From an uncultured Gemmatimonadales bacterium (lineage in GTDB: Bacteria > Gemmatimonadota > Gemmatimonadetes > Longimicrobiales > RSA9): 64,000 nt of DNA. The number at the start of each line of letters is the position of its first letter. The first letter of the stretch is position 1. The position numbers and the translations under genes were made by a program. The notes under the pieces were generated by a model. The model was given only the letters and a program-made list of their open reading frames with translations. It ran no database searches and was not told the origin of the DNA. Shown piece by piece: positions 27,926 to 37,610 of the stretch. The stretch lies in NCBI GenBank assembly GCA_963708135.1, contig OY970192.1:3264001-3328000 (forward strand). Reading direction: 5' to 3'.

Positions 27926-29224
27926 TCAGCGCGGGATGCTGTCCCGGCCGCGGTGCGGCGTGCGCACAGCGGGGCTGTCGATGGGGTGGCCGAGGAGGTG
28001 GACGCCGGGCGGCAGCGCGGGCGAGCGGAGGCCGGCACCGGGCTGCTCGGGCGCCGCGGCGGCCACGCCTTCGGCGGGGCGGCGGAAGCGGTCGAGGGCG
28101 GCAGAGTCCGCGGCGAGGGTGTCGGGCGCGGGCGGGAAGAGGTAGGGCGTCGCGCGGGCGTGGTAGAAGCGGTCGAGCCGGGCGGCCGAGTCGGGGGACA
28201 GGCTGGCAAAGATGGCCGGGTCGAGCGGCGGCGCCGGCGGCGGCGGCAGGAGGAAGGCGGGGATGGCGAAGCGGGCCTGGCGGCGGGACTCGAAGCGGCC
28301 GTCGCCGTCGGGGTCCCACATCTCGAGGTCCACGGTGCTGTCGCCGTCGAGGTCGAAGAGGTACTTGCGGGGCTTGCGATCGACGAAGAGGACGAGGAAC
28401 CGGCCGCCGTTCCCGGTGCGCCAGACTTGGGTGCTGACGACGAGGGGGTCCTCGGGGGCGCCGCACCGGGCCGTGGCGGTGCCGGCGAAGCGGAGCGTCC
28501 CCATCTGGGGCAGCGGCTGCCCGGCGTTGGCGACGTCGGTGTCGAAGATTGGCGGCGTGGGCGCCGCGTGGGCGCGCACCAGGCTGCTGTCGATGCGGAT
28601 GTCGAGAAGCCCGGTCTGGCGCCCGCGCAGATCGGCTCCGACGAAGGAGTAGAACATCTCGATGTTGGCGAGCAGGCCGGCATCGGGCGGCGTGGCCGGG
28701 ATGAAGTCGGGGACGGAGTCGGCGCCGGCCACGCAGTAGAGCGCGGGCACGACGGGCTCGAGCCAGAGGGTGTCGAGGCCGGGCGGCACGACCGGCAGGC
28801 GGCCGGGCTCGAGGGTGGTCCGGAGGCCGGCGGCCACGGTGTAGCGGACGAGCGGGCTGGTGGGTGAGAATCGGTGCGGCAGCTCCTGTCCATCGCTGGT
28901 GAGCAGGCGGTAGCGCCCGGGGACGCTCAGCTCGAGCGAGCTCGGCGTGGCGGGGCTGCTGCCGGTGTTGAGGAGCGCGAGGACGAGCGGCACGCGGGCG
29001 GTGGCGCCGTAGCTGCCGGTGAAGCTGGTGTCCGCCCACTGGAGCGGGATGCGGGCGGTGTCCTGGAAGCGGCCGCTGGCGTCCAGCGCGACGAGCGCGA
29101 GCGCGGGCCGGACCCCGGCGTGGGGCAGGAGGACGTAGACGCCGGCAAGGATCCCGAGGACGACGAGTACCACGCCGATGCGCCGCTGGATGCGGGCTCC
29201 GATTCGCGTCGCTATGGGCTGCAT
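27926..29224 (-). CDS. Hypothetical membrane-anchored protein
   Basis: GGAGGG RBS; N-terminal TM helix; DLDGD...WDPDGDG acidic motifs, possibly Ca-binding. Confidence 0.75.
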   Translation of the reverse strand: MQPIATRIGARIQRRIGVVLVVLGILAGVYVLLPHAGVRPALALVALDASGRFQDTARIPLQWADTSFTGSYGATARVPLVLALLNTGSSPATPSSLELSVPGRYRLLTSDGQELPHRFSPTSPLVRYTVAAGLRTTLEPGRLPVVPPGLDTLWLEPVVPALYCVAGADSVPDFIPATPPDAGLLANIEMFYSFVGADLRGRQTGLLDIRIDSSLVRAHAAPTPPIFDTDVANAGQPLPQMGTLRFAGTATARCGAPEDPLVVSTQVWRTGNGGRFLVLFVDRKPRKYLFDLDGDSTVDLEMWDPDGDGRFESRRQARFAIPAFLLPPPPAPPLDPAIFASLSPDSAARLDRFYHARATPYLFPPAPDTLAADSAALDRFRRPAEGVAAAAPEQPGAGLRSPALPPGVHLLGHPIDSPAVRTPHRGRDSIPR

Positions 29225-29264
29225 TCGCCCTCCGCGCGGTGCACGGCCCGTGCCGGGCGTGGCG

Positions 29265-30443
29265 TCACGGAGTCGTGTACTTGAGACCGCTCCCGGTGTT
29301 GAACAGGACGACCTCCTCGCGCGCGTCGAGCAGGCCGCGCTCCCGCAGCAGCGGCACCGCCGCGGCGGTGGCGGCGCCCTCGGGCGCGGCGAAGACGCCG
29401 GTGGTGCGGCCGACCAGGCGGACGGCATCCGCCATGGCCTCGTCGGAGACGGCGATGGCGGCGCCGCCCGACTCGCGGATGCCGCGCAGGATCAGGAAGT
29501 CGCCGACGGCGCGCGGGACGCGCAGCCCGGCCGCGTAGGTGTGGGCGTCCGCCCACGGCTCCGCGGCCTCCTCGCCGCGCTCCCAGGCGCGCACGATCGG
29601 GGCGCATCCCGCTGCCTGGACGGAGATCATGCGCGGCCGCTCGGCGCCGATCCAGCCGAGCGCCTCCATCTCGGCAAAGGCCTTCCACATCCCGACCAGC
29701 CCCGTGCCGCCGCCGGTCGGGTAGATGATGACGTCGGGCAGCCGGCCGCCGAGCTGCTCGAACAGCTCGTAGCCCATGGTCTTCTTCCCCTCCACGCGGT
29801 ACGGCTCCTTCAGGGTGGAGAGGTCGAACCAGCCGTGCGCGGCCGCGCCCTGCGCCACCCGAGCGCCCGCATCCGTGATGAGCCCGGGGACGAGCTGGAG
29901 GTCGGCGCCGAGCGAGCGGATCTCCTGCACGATCGGCGACGGCGTGTCCTCCGGCACCACCACGTGCGCCACCATCCCGGCGGCCGCCGCGTACGCGGCC
30001 GTGGCGGAGCCCGCGTTGCCGGCGGATGGGATGGCGACCTCGCCCACCCCGAGCTCCCGCGCGCGCGCGACCGCCATGGCCAGCCCGCGCGCCTTGAAGC
30101 TGCCCGTCGGGTTCTGCCCCTCGTCCTTGACCCACAGCTTCTCCACGCCGAGCTCCGCGGCGAGGCGCGGCGCGGCGAGCAGCGGCGTGAAACCCTCGCC
30201 CAGCGTGAGCCGGAACGCCGCCTCCCGCACCGGCAGCACCTCGGCGTAGCGCCAGAGCGTGGGCGCGCGGCCGGTCAGGTCGAAGGGGCGGAAATGCGGA
30301 CGGATGGCGTCCAGGTCGTAGCGCGCGTAGAGCGGCTTCTCGCAGCACGGCGAGAGCCGCCACGGCCGCTCGCTCTCGTAGTGCTCGCCGCACCGCGTGC
30401 ACTCCAGGTACGCGGCGCCTTTCCTGTTCAGCAGAATGGACAT
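29265..30443 (-). CDS. thrC: Threonine synthase (PLP)
   Basis: TLGEGFTPL, KDEGQNPTGSFKARG, SAGNAG, EGKKTMGYE, PTGGG, FNTGSGLKY. Confidence 0.9.
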   Translation of the reverse strand: MSILLNRKGAAYLECTRCGEHYESERPWRLSPCCEKPLYARYDLDAIRPHFRPFDLTGRAPTLWRYAEVLPVREAAFRLTLGEGFTPLLAAPRLAAELGVEKLWVKDEGQNPTGSFKARGLAMAVARARELGVGEVAIPSAGNAGSATAAYAAAAGMVAHVVVPEDTPSPIVQEIRSLGADLQLVPGLITDAGARVAQGAAAHGWFDLSTLKEPYRVEGKKTMGYELFEQLGGRLPDVIIYPTGGGTGLVGMWKAFAEMEALGWIGAERPRMISVQAAGCAPIVRAWERGEEAAEPWADAHTYAAGLRVPRAVGDFLILRGIRESGGAAIAVSDEAMADAVRLVGRTTGVFAAPEGAATAAAVPLLRERGLLDAREEVVLFNTGSGLKYTTP

Positions 30444-30591
30444 CCTGGCTCTCGGCTGAGGTACGGCCCGGAAGATAGCGCCCGGCCGGCCGTTCTGCAC
30501 CGGGGCGATAACGGCGAGAGTGGGAGACCACGGGCCAGCGGCGCGGGCTACGCGGCTCCCGGGGCCTCGCGCCCCGCCCGGCGCGCCGCGC

Positions 30592-30627
30592 GCCGGCCGC
30601 ATCCCCCACTCCCCCACTCTCCCACTC
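30592..30627. repeat. 36-bp dispersed repeat, identical to 50470-50505
   Basis: GCCGGCCGCATCCCCCACTCCCCCACTCTCCCACTC present at both sites. Confidence 0.9.
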
Positions 30628-30652
30628 CGGGAACGGGCGGGCGAGGGGAGGC

Positions 30653-30931
30653 CTACTCCTCCCGCAGGTCCGTCATGACCTTGCCGGGGCGGCCGTAATG
30701 GTCGCCGCCGATCGGACGGGCGCGCGCGAAGGCGGCGCGCAGCGCGTCCTCGTCCATGTCCTCGAGCGAGCCGGCGGGCACCGCGGCGCGGCGCGGTGGC
30801 CGGTTCGCGGCGCTCGTGCGGAACTCGAGCACCTCCTGCGCCTCGGCGATCTCCGCGCCGCTCGCCTCCGTCTCACTGGTGACGGGGCGCACCTCCCACT
30901 CGCACCCTTCGGCCTCGATCTTCTGCCACAT
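30653..30931 (-). CDS. Hypothetical protein
   Basis: MWQKIEAEGCEWEVRP...LEFRT; composition resembles a real protein; alternative GTG start at 30940. Confidence 0.7.
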   Translation of the reverse strand: MWQKIEAEGCEWEVRPVTSETEASGAEIAEAQEVLEFRTSAANRPPRRAAVPAGSLEDMDEDALRAAFARARPIGGDHYGRPGKVMTDLREE

Positions 30932-31083
30932 CGGCCACACCTCTCGTCTCGCGTTCGGGACCCTCGCCGTGTCCGGCGGTGTCGGAGGAAAGGAACAGGA
31001 GCAAGGGGAATGCCGGCGAGGACGGCGCCGTCGGATTCATGCCGGGCAACCCTGGCGGGCGGCCACGGCATCAGAGGGAGCAC

Positions 31084-31650
31084 ATGAGCACCGCAGCGGA
31101 CGAACAGGTACTGCTGGCACGGGCCCGCGAGGGCGACCGCGACGCGATGCAGGCGCTCTACCGGCGCCACGCGCCACGCGTCTATGCCGTGGTACGTCGG
31201 CTGGCGGGGGAGGATGCGCTCGCGGAGGACTGGGCGCAGGAGGCGTGGATCCGGGCGTTCCGGGCGCTGCCGCGGTTCCGGGGCGAGTCGAAGTTCTCGA
31301 CGTGGCTGCACCGCGTGGCCGTGAACGCGGCGCTGCACGCGCGCCGGCGGAGCGAGCGGCGGCGGGGCCGCGAGGAGCCGCTCGACCCGACGCTCGCCTC
31401 GCCGCCGGTTCCCGGCGACGGGCTGCTGCGGGCGCGGCTGGAGCGGGCGCTCGAGCGGCTGCCGGAGGGAATGCGGGAGGTGCTCGTGCTGCACGACGTG
31501 GAGGGACACACGCACGAGGAGATCGGGGCACTGCTCGGCATCGCGCCGGGCACCTCGAAGAGTCAGCTGTTCAAGGCCCGGGCCCACATGAGGCGGATGC
31601 TGCGCCCCGCGCCCGAGGCGAGCAACGGAGAAGAGGTATGTCGCATTTGA
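31084..31650 (+). CDS. ECF RNA polymerase sigma factor
   Basis: AEDWAQEAWIRAF, FRGESKFSTWLHRVAVN, VLHDVEG.THEEIG..LG...GTSKSQLFKAR. Confidence 0.93.
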   Translation: MSTAADEQVLLARAREGDRDAMQALYRRHAPRVYAVVRRLAGEDALAEDWAQEAWIRAFRALPRFRGESKFSTWLHRVAVNAALHARRRSERRRGREEPLDPTLASPPVPGDGLLRARLERALERLPEGMREVLVLHDVEGHTHEEIGALLGIAPGTSKSQLFKARAHMRRMLRPAPEASNGEEVCRI

Positions 31651-32327
31651 GCCTGGAATCGCTGGCGCGGCTCGTGGACGAGCCGCCGGGGCCGGCCGAG
31701 GCGGAGCACCTGCGGGCGTGCGCGCCGTGCCGGGCCGAGCTGGAGGCGCTGCGCGAGCAGGCGGCGGCGCTCGCGGCGCTGCCCGACCCCGCGCCGCCGT
31801 CGGAGGGGTGGGAGCGCCTCGCGGCGCGGCTTGACGCGGAGCGGGCGCCGACCCCGCGCCCCTGGGCCGCGCGCCACCCGTGGGTCATCCGGGCCGCGGC
31901 GTCGATCGGGATCTTCCTGCTCGGCGGCGTGGCCGGCGCGGCGGCCGTGCGCGCCGGCGTCGCCCCCGCCGGTGCGGCGCGATCCGCGGCCGCCGTCACG
32001 GCCGATCCGGGCGACGCCGGTGCCGCCGTGGCCCCGGCCGACGCCGCCGGCCGGGGCACGCCGCAGGACGCCGAGCGGGCGGTACGACTGGCGGAGAGCC
32101 GCTACATGCGGGCGCTCTCGCGCTACGCGGAGGTCGCGCCGCCACCCGCGGGCGGCGACCCGGTGGCGCGCGTCGCGGCGCTCGAGAGCATCGTCCTGAC
32201 CACGCGGGCCGCGCTCAACCAGGCGCCCGCCGACCCGGTCATCAACGGCTATCACCTGACCGCCATCGCCCAGCGCGATGCCACCCTGAAGCAGATCGCC
32301 CGAGCGGGCGGCGACACCTGGTACTGA
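31638..32327 (+). CDS. Putative anti-sigma factor (zinc-finger ASD plus TM helix)
   Basis: MSHLS...EHLRACAPC (HxxxCxxC), then a TM helix; overlaps the sigma stop codon. Confidence 0.8.
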   Translation: MSHLSLESLARLVDEPPGPAEAEHLRACAPCRAELEALREQAAALAALPDPAPPSEGWERLAARLDAERAPTPRPWAARHPWVIRAAASIGIFLLGGVAGAAAVRAGVAPAGAARSAAAVTADPGDAGAAVAPADAAGRGTPQDAERAVRLAESRYMRALSRYAEVAPPPAGGDPVARVAALESIVLTTRAALNQAPADPVINGYHLTAIAQRDATLKQIARAGGDTWY

Positions 32328-33382
32328 TGCGGAGCATGACCATGCGGAACGAACTCACGCGCACGCGCCCCCTGATCCTCCTCGCCCTGCTGCTGGCGGC
32401 CGGCAGCCTCCTGCCGGCGCGCGCGCTCGATGCACAGGCACGCACCCGGGTCGCCTCCGGCCGGGGCACCCCCGGCTGGCTCGGCTTCTCGATCAACAGC
32501 TGGGCCTCCCCCGACGAAGCGCGCGGCATCCTGGTGCAGGGCGTGGTGGACGGCTCGCCCGCCGCCAGGGCCGGCCTCCTGCGTGGCGACACGATCATGC
32601 GGCTCAACGGCCTCACGGCGACGCCCCGCCTCGTGGGCTCGGTCGCCCGCTCGCTCCAGGCCGGCGACACCGTCCGGCTCGACATCCGTCGCGCAGGCCG
32701 CGAGCGGCGCCTCGTCGCCGTCTCGGAGCCCCGCCCCCTGGCCATGGGCCGCGGCGAGCCCGGACCGTGGAACGTCATCACCGTCGATGGCGACTCGATC
32801 CGGCGCGCGCTGCGCGTCTACCTCGACTCCGCGCGCGTGCAGCTCGATTCGCTGCGACTGCCGCGCATCCGCGTCGAGACCGGCGACTCCGGCATGGTCA
32901 TGCTCTTCCGCGACGGCCGGACGGGCGCGCTCCGCGCCGACACCATCGACTTCCACTGGAGCGACAGCCTGAACCACGCGCTCCAGGGCCTCCACTTCCG
33001 GCTGGACAGCCTGGGCGAGCACCTGAACGCGACGGTGCCAGACCTCTACCTCCGGAAGCTCGAAACCGAGCCCGGTGGCTTCGCCTTCGCCTTCGGGATC
33101 GGCGAGCACGCCGTCGCCGGGGCCGAGCTCTCACCGCTCAACGCCTCGCTCGGCCACTACTTCGGCACCAGCAGCGGCCTGCTCGTGCTGCGCGTCGCGC
33201 CCGGCACCCCCGCCGCCCGCGCGGGGCTCCGTCCCGGCGACGTGATCGTCCGCGCCGCTGACCACGCCGTCCGCGACATCCCCGACCTGCGCGGCATCGT
33301 CGCCTCCAAGCGCCACGACCGCCTGCCGCTGGAGGTGCTGCGCCAGGGTAAGCGGACCCGGCTCGAGATGCGCTGGGACTGA
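32327..33382 (+). CDS. Exported protein with two PDZ domains
   Basis: GWLGFS..VVDGSPAARAGLLRGD; GLLVLRVAPGTPAARAGLRPGDVI; TGATG coupling to the upstream gene. Confidence 0.85.
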   Translation: MRSMTMRNELTRTRPLILLALLLAAGSLLPARALDAQARTRVASGRGTPGWLGFSINSWASPDEARGILVQGVVDGSPAARAGLLRGDTIMRLNGLTATPRLVGSVARSLQAGDTVRLDIRRAGRERRLVAVSEPRPLAMGRGEPGPWNVITVDGDSIRRALRVYLDSARVQLDSLRLPRIRVETGDSGMVMLFRDGRTGALRADTIDFHWSDSLNHALQGLHFRLDSLGEHLNATVPDLYLRKLETEPGGFAFAFGIGEHAVAGAELSPLNASLGHYFGTSSGLLVLRVAPGTPAARAGLRPGDVIVRAADHAVRDIPDLRGIVASKRHDRLPLEVLRQGKRTRLEMRWD

Positions 33383-33698
33383 GGCTCGTCGTTCCGCGCC
33401 CGCGGCTCCCGGAGGGGCCGTCGGCCCGGCCACCCTGCCGGGTGCGCACCCTGCGGGGCCCGCGCGCCTGGCCGGTTGCGTTTCGCGGCCCCGCCGGCTC
33501 CCGCAGCACCCGCAACTCCGCATCCGTGGCCCCCGTCCGCGGCCGGACGCGAGCTGGTGGCCTCATGCGCCCGCTTCTCCGCTCCCGTTCACCCGCTCGA
33601 CCCGCGCGAGCGGCGTTCGGGGTGCATGGCGCCCCTTTCTCCGCGCCACCTCCCGAAACGCGCCGCCAACGAGGAGTTCGGGACCGCCCCCCGCGCGA

Positions 33699-34031
33699 CC
33701 CCGAGCCCCGAGCCCCGAGCCCCGCACCCCGCACCCCATCAGCATCCCGTTATATGGCTCCTTGCTGTCTCACGTGGGTTCCGCCGGCCGGTGGCGGCTC
33801 CGAAACCCGTGTGCGGGTGCGTGTGCGTGTGCGAAGGTTCGTGCCCGCATCCCGCTTGCCGGATCCGCTTGCGCTTGCGGCCTGAGGCGGTGGTAGGAAG
33901 CACGGGGACGTAAGACGAAACCGCGTGAACCGCGGGCACGGGCCCGCGCCCGCAACAGCGGGAGGCGCGCAGGTGGCGCGCACACGCACACGCACACGAG
34001 GGCGGAGCCGCACCCGCACCCGCACACGGGT
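33699..34031. repeat. Heptamer run plus nested inverted repeats with hexamer arms (MITE-like, no ORF)
   Basis: CCCCG(AG/CA) x5 at 33699-33737; perfect 17-bp IR 33805-33821 / 34015-34031; inner IR 33836-33848 / 33932-33944. Confidence 0.75.
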
Positions 34032-34103
34032 CCAACCCTCACCCACTCGGAACAGCGAGCATCCTGCTATATTGAGCCGCACCTTTACCACTGGCTCGCC
34101 CGC

Positions 34104-35288
34104 ATGGCACCAACGCCCGACCCCAGGACCCACATCACGCCGGCCTCCTTCGCGGTGGCGCCGGAGCTGCTCGGCACGCCGCTGGCCGGGCCGTGGCGGC
34201 GCGCCGTCGCCATGGGGATCGACCTGCTGCTCATCGCGCTGCTGGTGAACGCCGGCGGCGTGCTGCTCGCGCTCGCGGCGGCGGGCGTGCTGCTGTGGGC
34301 GTCCTCGCGGGAGAAACGCGGGCGCCGGCGCCCGTGGGTGCGCAACTTCATCCGCTTCGGCGCGGCGTTCGTCGTCTTCGCGGTGATCGTGTCCAACTGG
34401 GGCCGGTGGCGGCGGGACCGGGCGGAGGAGGATGCCGCGTCCGCGGTCGATGAGGCGACGCAGGGGCAGAGCGTCCCCGGCGTGAACCTCACCGGCCTCG
34501 GCGCCATCGGCGCCGTGGGCGACGCGCTGGCGCTGAAGAAGGCGGACACGGAGCGGGAGGCGCAGCGCGCAGCGGACCGGCTGGTCGAGCGGCTGAAGCG
34601 GAGCGGCATGAGCGCCGACCAGATGGCGGATGCCCGCGCGGAGCTGCTGCAGCAGGACGGCAGCGGCCTGCCGCCGCGGGCGGTGGCGGCCCTGCGCCGG
34701 GCCTTCGCGGAGCGCGCCGGGATCGCGCCCGACACGGGCATGGCCGCCGGCGCCGCCGGCGCGCGCGACTCCCTCGCCCGCCGCTACGTGGCCCGGCTCG
34801 AGGCGCGCGACACGGCAGCCGCGAGCGCGCTCGCCCCCCGGCTCGGCTCCGCCTTCGCGGCCGAATCGCTCTCGCTCCTGCGCGGCCGGACGGCCCGGCT
34901 GGAGCGCAGCAACGCGGCGCTCGAGAAGCAGCTCGACGCCGAGAAGCAGAAGCCGAAGGGCGTCGGCCTCGTCAACACGCTGGCCGACATGGGCGCCGAG
35001 GTGGCGCGGCTGCTCAGGAAGGCGGGCCTGGGATTCGGCTTGACCGGCCTCTACTTCACGGCCTTCCTCGCGCTCATGAACGGGCAGACCCCCGGCAAGA
35101 AGCTGATGGGGATGCGCGTCCGCCGCCTGGACGGCGAGCCGATGGGCTGGTGGGCCTCCTTCGAGCGCTTCGGCGGCTACTCCGCCTCGATCATCACCGG
35201 GCTGGGCGGCTTCTTCCAGATCCTCTGGGACCGCAACCGCCAGGGCCTGCACGACAAGATCGCCGAGACGGTGGTGGTGCGGCTCTGA
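34104..35288 (+). CDS. RDD family membrane protein with a large central insertion
   Basis: LAGPWRRAVAMGIDLL at the N-terminus; GQTPGKKLMGMRV...QGLHDKIAETVVV at the C-terminus. Confidence 0.88.
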   Translation: MAPTPDPRTHITPASFAVAPELLGTPLAGPWRRAVAMGIDLLLIALLVNAGGVLLALAAAGVLLWASSREKRGRRRPWVRNFIRFGAAFVVFAVIVSNWGRWRRDRAEEDAASAVDEATQGQSVPGVNLTGLGAIGAVGDALALKKADTEREAQRAADRLVERLKRSGMSADQMADARAELLQQDGSGLPPRAVAALRRAFAERAGIAPDTGMAAGAAGARDSLARRYVARLEARDTAAASALAPRLGSAFAAESLSLLRGRTARLERSNAALEKQLDAEKQKPKGVGLVNTLADMGAEVARLLRKAGLGFGLTGLYFTAFLALMNGQTPGKKLMGMRVRRLDGEPMGWWASFERFGGYSASIITGLGGFFQILWDRNRQGLHDKIAETVVVRL

Positions 35289-35394
35289 CGCCTCTCGCCA
35301 CAACCGCACACCACCCTCCCCCGGGATCCCCTCCCCACCACGCAGCGGGGTTTCCCCGCGTCGGGCGGGGCGGTGGGCGGGGGCAATCCCCGGG

Positions 35395-36738
35395 TCAGGG
35401 ACGGCCGCTGGCGGGCGGGACCGCGAGGACCCGGTCCGCGGCGGCGAGGCCGCTCCGGACGGCGCCTTCCACCGTGGGCGCGACCAGGTAGTCGCCGGCC
35501 AGGGCGAGGCGCTCGGGCAGGATCGAGGGGACGAACGCCCGCAGGCGCTCGAGGTAGCCCGGGTAGAACGTGACCGCATCGGCCATCCGGTAGAGCTTGG
35601 CGCGCCGGATCCGGCCGCCGATTCCCGGGAACGCCCGCTCCAGCGCGGGCCGCATCCGTTCCAGCGCGGCCTGGGGCTCGGCGTCCGACAGCGTGGCGGC
35701 GAGCGCCGGCGCGGGGAAGGCGACGATCACGCCCGACCCGCGCGGCACGAGCCCCGCCCCCTTCCGCTCCTCGACACACGCCGCCACCAGGGTCTCGCCG
35801 GGCGGCTCCGTGCGGGGAAAAGACAGGCCGAACCAGTCCACGGGCGTCTCGCCCTCCAGCACGAGCGCGAGCGAGACCGCCGGCGCGGTGTGCACGCCCT
35901 CCAGCCAGCGCGCCGCCGGCTCGGGCAGCCCGTCGAGGGCCGCGGCCGCCCGCGGCGGCAGGGCGAGCACGAGGGCGTCGTGGGTGACGTCGCCTTCCGG
36001 GGTCCGCACGCGAACGCCGTCCGGCGCGACCTCGACCCCCTCTACCGCGACCCCACCGCGGAAGCGCGTGCCGCGCCGCTCCAGCGCGCGCAGGAGCGCC
36101 GCCGGCAGCTCTCCCACACCACCCCTCACGGCGTGGAGCGACACGTCCATGCCGGCCCGGGCCAGGCCATGGTAGAAGCCGGCGCTCGCATCCTCCGGCA
36201 CCGCGCCGTAGTAGGCGGCCAGCAGCGGGTAGACCAGCAGCTCGACGAAGTCCGCGCCCATCTCGCGCCGCCCCCACGCCGCGATGGACTCGCGGTCCAG
36301 GCCGGCGGCGGCGGCGCGCGCCGGCGCGTTGGCATCGAGTTCCGCGGCGTGGCGCTGGAGGAAGGAGACGTAGCGGGTGCCGAGCCGGAGCTTGAGCCCC
36401 ATCGGCAGAGCGCCCGAGAGCGTCATGCTGGGCACGGAGCCGTAGGTCAGCGGGTGCGCCCGGCCGCCGCGCCAGAGGGCGTCGCGCCCCGGCGAGCGCA
36501 CGAGCAGATCGGCGGCGCCGGCCTCGCGGGCGAGACGGAAGGTCTCGGTGTAGTAGGAGCCCAGGAGCTGCACGGCGGGATCGAGGCGGACACCGTCGAG
36601 CGTGTCCGTCCGCATCCGCCCGCCGGGCGTCTCGCGCCGTTCATAGAGGGTCACGGCGGCGCCGGCCCCGGCGAGCCGCCAGGCGGCGGCCAGCCCGGCC
36701 GGGCCCCCGCCCACGATGGCGATGTCGCGCCCGCCCAC
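35395..36738 (-). CDS. FAD-dependent oxidoreductase (protoporphyrinogen oxidase / amine oxidase family)
   Basis: IVGGGPAGLAAA..YERRETPGGRMRT; LAGDY...EGAVRSG. Confidence 0.88.
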   Translation of the reverse strand: MGGRDIAIVGGGPAGLAAAWRLAGAGAAVTLYERRETPGGRMRTDTLDGVRLDPAVQLLGSYYTETFRLAREAGAADLLVRSPGRDALWRGGRAHPLTYGSVPSMTLSGALPMGLKLRLGTRYVSFLQRHAAELDANAPARAAAAGLDRESIAAWGRREMGADFVELLVYPLLAAYYGAVPEDASAGFYHGLARAGMDVSLHAVRGGVGELPAALLRALERRGTRFRGGVAVEGVEVAPDGVRVRTPEGDVTHDALVLALPPRAAAALDGLPEPAARWLEGVHTAPAVSLALVLEGETPVDWFGLSFPRTEPPGETLVAACVEERKGAGLVPRGSGVIVAFPAPALAATLSDAEPQAALERMRPALERAFPGIGGRIRRAKLYRMADAVTFYPGYLERLRAFVPSILPERLALAGDYLVAPTVEGAVRSGLAAADRVLAVPPASGRP

Positions 36739-36739
36739 G

Positions 36740-37036
36740 TCAGTCCTCGGCGGCGGCGCCCGACGCGCCCGTCGGACCCCCGGCGGCGCCGCGCTGCCGC
36801 AGCCACTGGCGGAAGCTGGGGAGCTTGAGCCGCTTGAAGAGCAGGGCGTCCACGGCGTCGCGGAGAAGGATCTCGGTCAGGGGGTACTGCTCGTCGGGGG
36901 TCTCGAAGAGCTGCTGGACGGCGGCGTCCGCGATCTGCATCAGCTCGTCACGCGTGAGCGTGGCCTTGTAGTCCTCGATCTGCTCCTCGACCCAGGCCAG
37001 GTACAGCTGTCGCGGGGGGGAGGTGGGAGCCGTCAT
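36740..37036 (-). CDS. Hypothetical protein
   Basis: MTAPTSPPRQLYLAWVEEQIEDYK...LKLPSFRQW; tightly spaced within the operon. Confidence 0.75.
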   Translation of the reverse strand: MTAPTSPPRQLYLAWVEEQIEDYKATLTRDELMQIADAAVQQLFETPDEQYPLTEILLRDAVDALLFKRLKLPSFRQWLRQRGAAGGPTGASGAAAED

Positions 37037-37079
37037 CGCACGAATGGTAAGCCGCCCGCCGCCCCGCACACAAGCCCGC

Positions 37080-37610
37080 CTAACCCTCTGTGGCGACCCT
37101 TCCGGCACGGCAGTCGGCGCAGAAGTCGAGCGCCTTCGCGTCCACCTCGGCCAGCGACCGCGAGAAGCTCATGACGCATGCCGGATCGGGGCAGTGGCCG
37201 AGCCCGGCCACGTGCCCGAGCTCGTGCACCGCCTCCTTCAGCACCCGCTCGAAGAAGCGCGCCTCATCCGCGTCCCGGCGGAGCCGCGGCAGCGCCACGA
37301 CGGCGCAGCAGCCGCCGAGCGTGGCCTGCCCGAAGACGAACGCGAGCCCGTCATCGAAGAGGTCCCAGCCCGCCACGCCGAGCCGCCACGCCGCGCCGCC
37401 CCGCGCCACCAGCAGGTCCACGAGCGCGGCGGCCGCGTGCTGCCCCCGCCCGGCGTCGAACGCCGCGTCGGCCCCCTCCAGCGCCTCGCCCACGCTCGCC
37501 TCCGTGCGGATGGCCTCCGCGAGCGCGCCGGCGAGGCGCGTGAGGAGCGGACGCTCGACCGCTCCGATCGGGATCAGCTCGATGGGGGGAACGGGCGGGG
37601 CAGGCGCCAC
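37080..37610 (-). CDS. Archaemetzincin-like zinc metalloprotease (M54)
   Basis: FVFGQA; KEAVHELGHVAGLGHC....CVMSFS.S..EVD.K...FC..C. Confidence 0.9.
   Translation of the reverse strand: MAPAPPVPPIELIPIGAVERPLLTRLAGALAEAIRTEASVGEALEGADAAFDAGRGQHAAAALVDLLVARGGAAWRLGVAGWDLFDDGLAFVFGQATLGGCCAVVALPRLRRDADEARFFERVLKEAVHELGHVAGLGHCPDPACVMSFSRSLAEVDAKALDFCADCRAGRVATEG

Noticed and set aside
33880..33925. Hammerhead ribozyme (CTGAGG...GAAAC)
   Set aside because: The core is CUGAGGC rather than CUGANGA, and the required stems are not evident.
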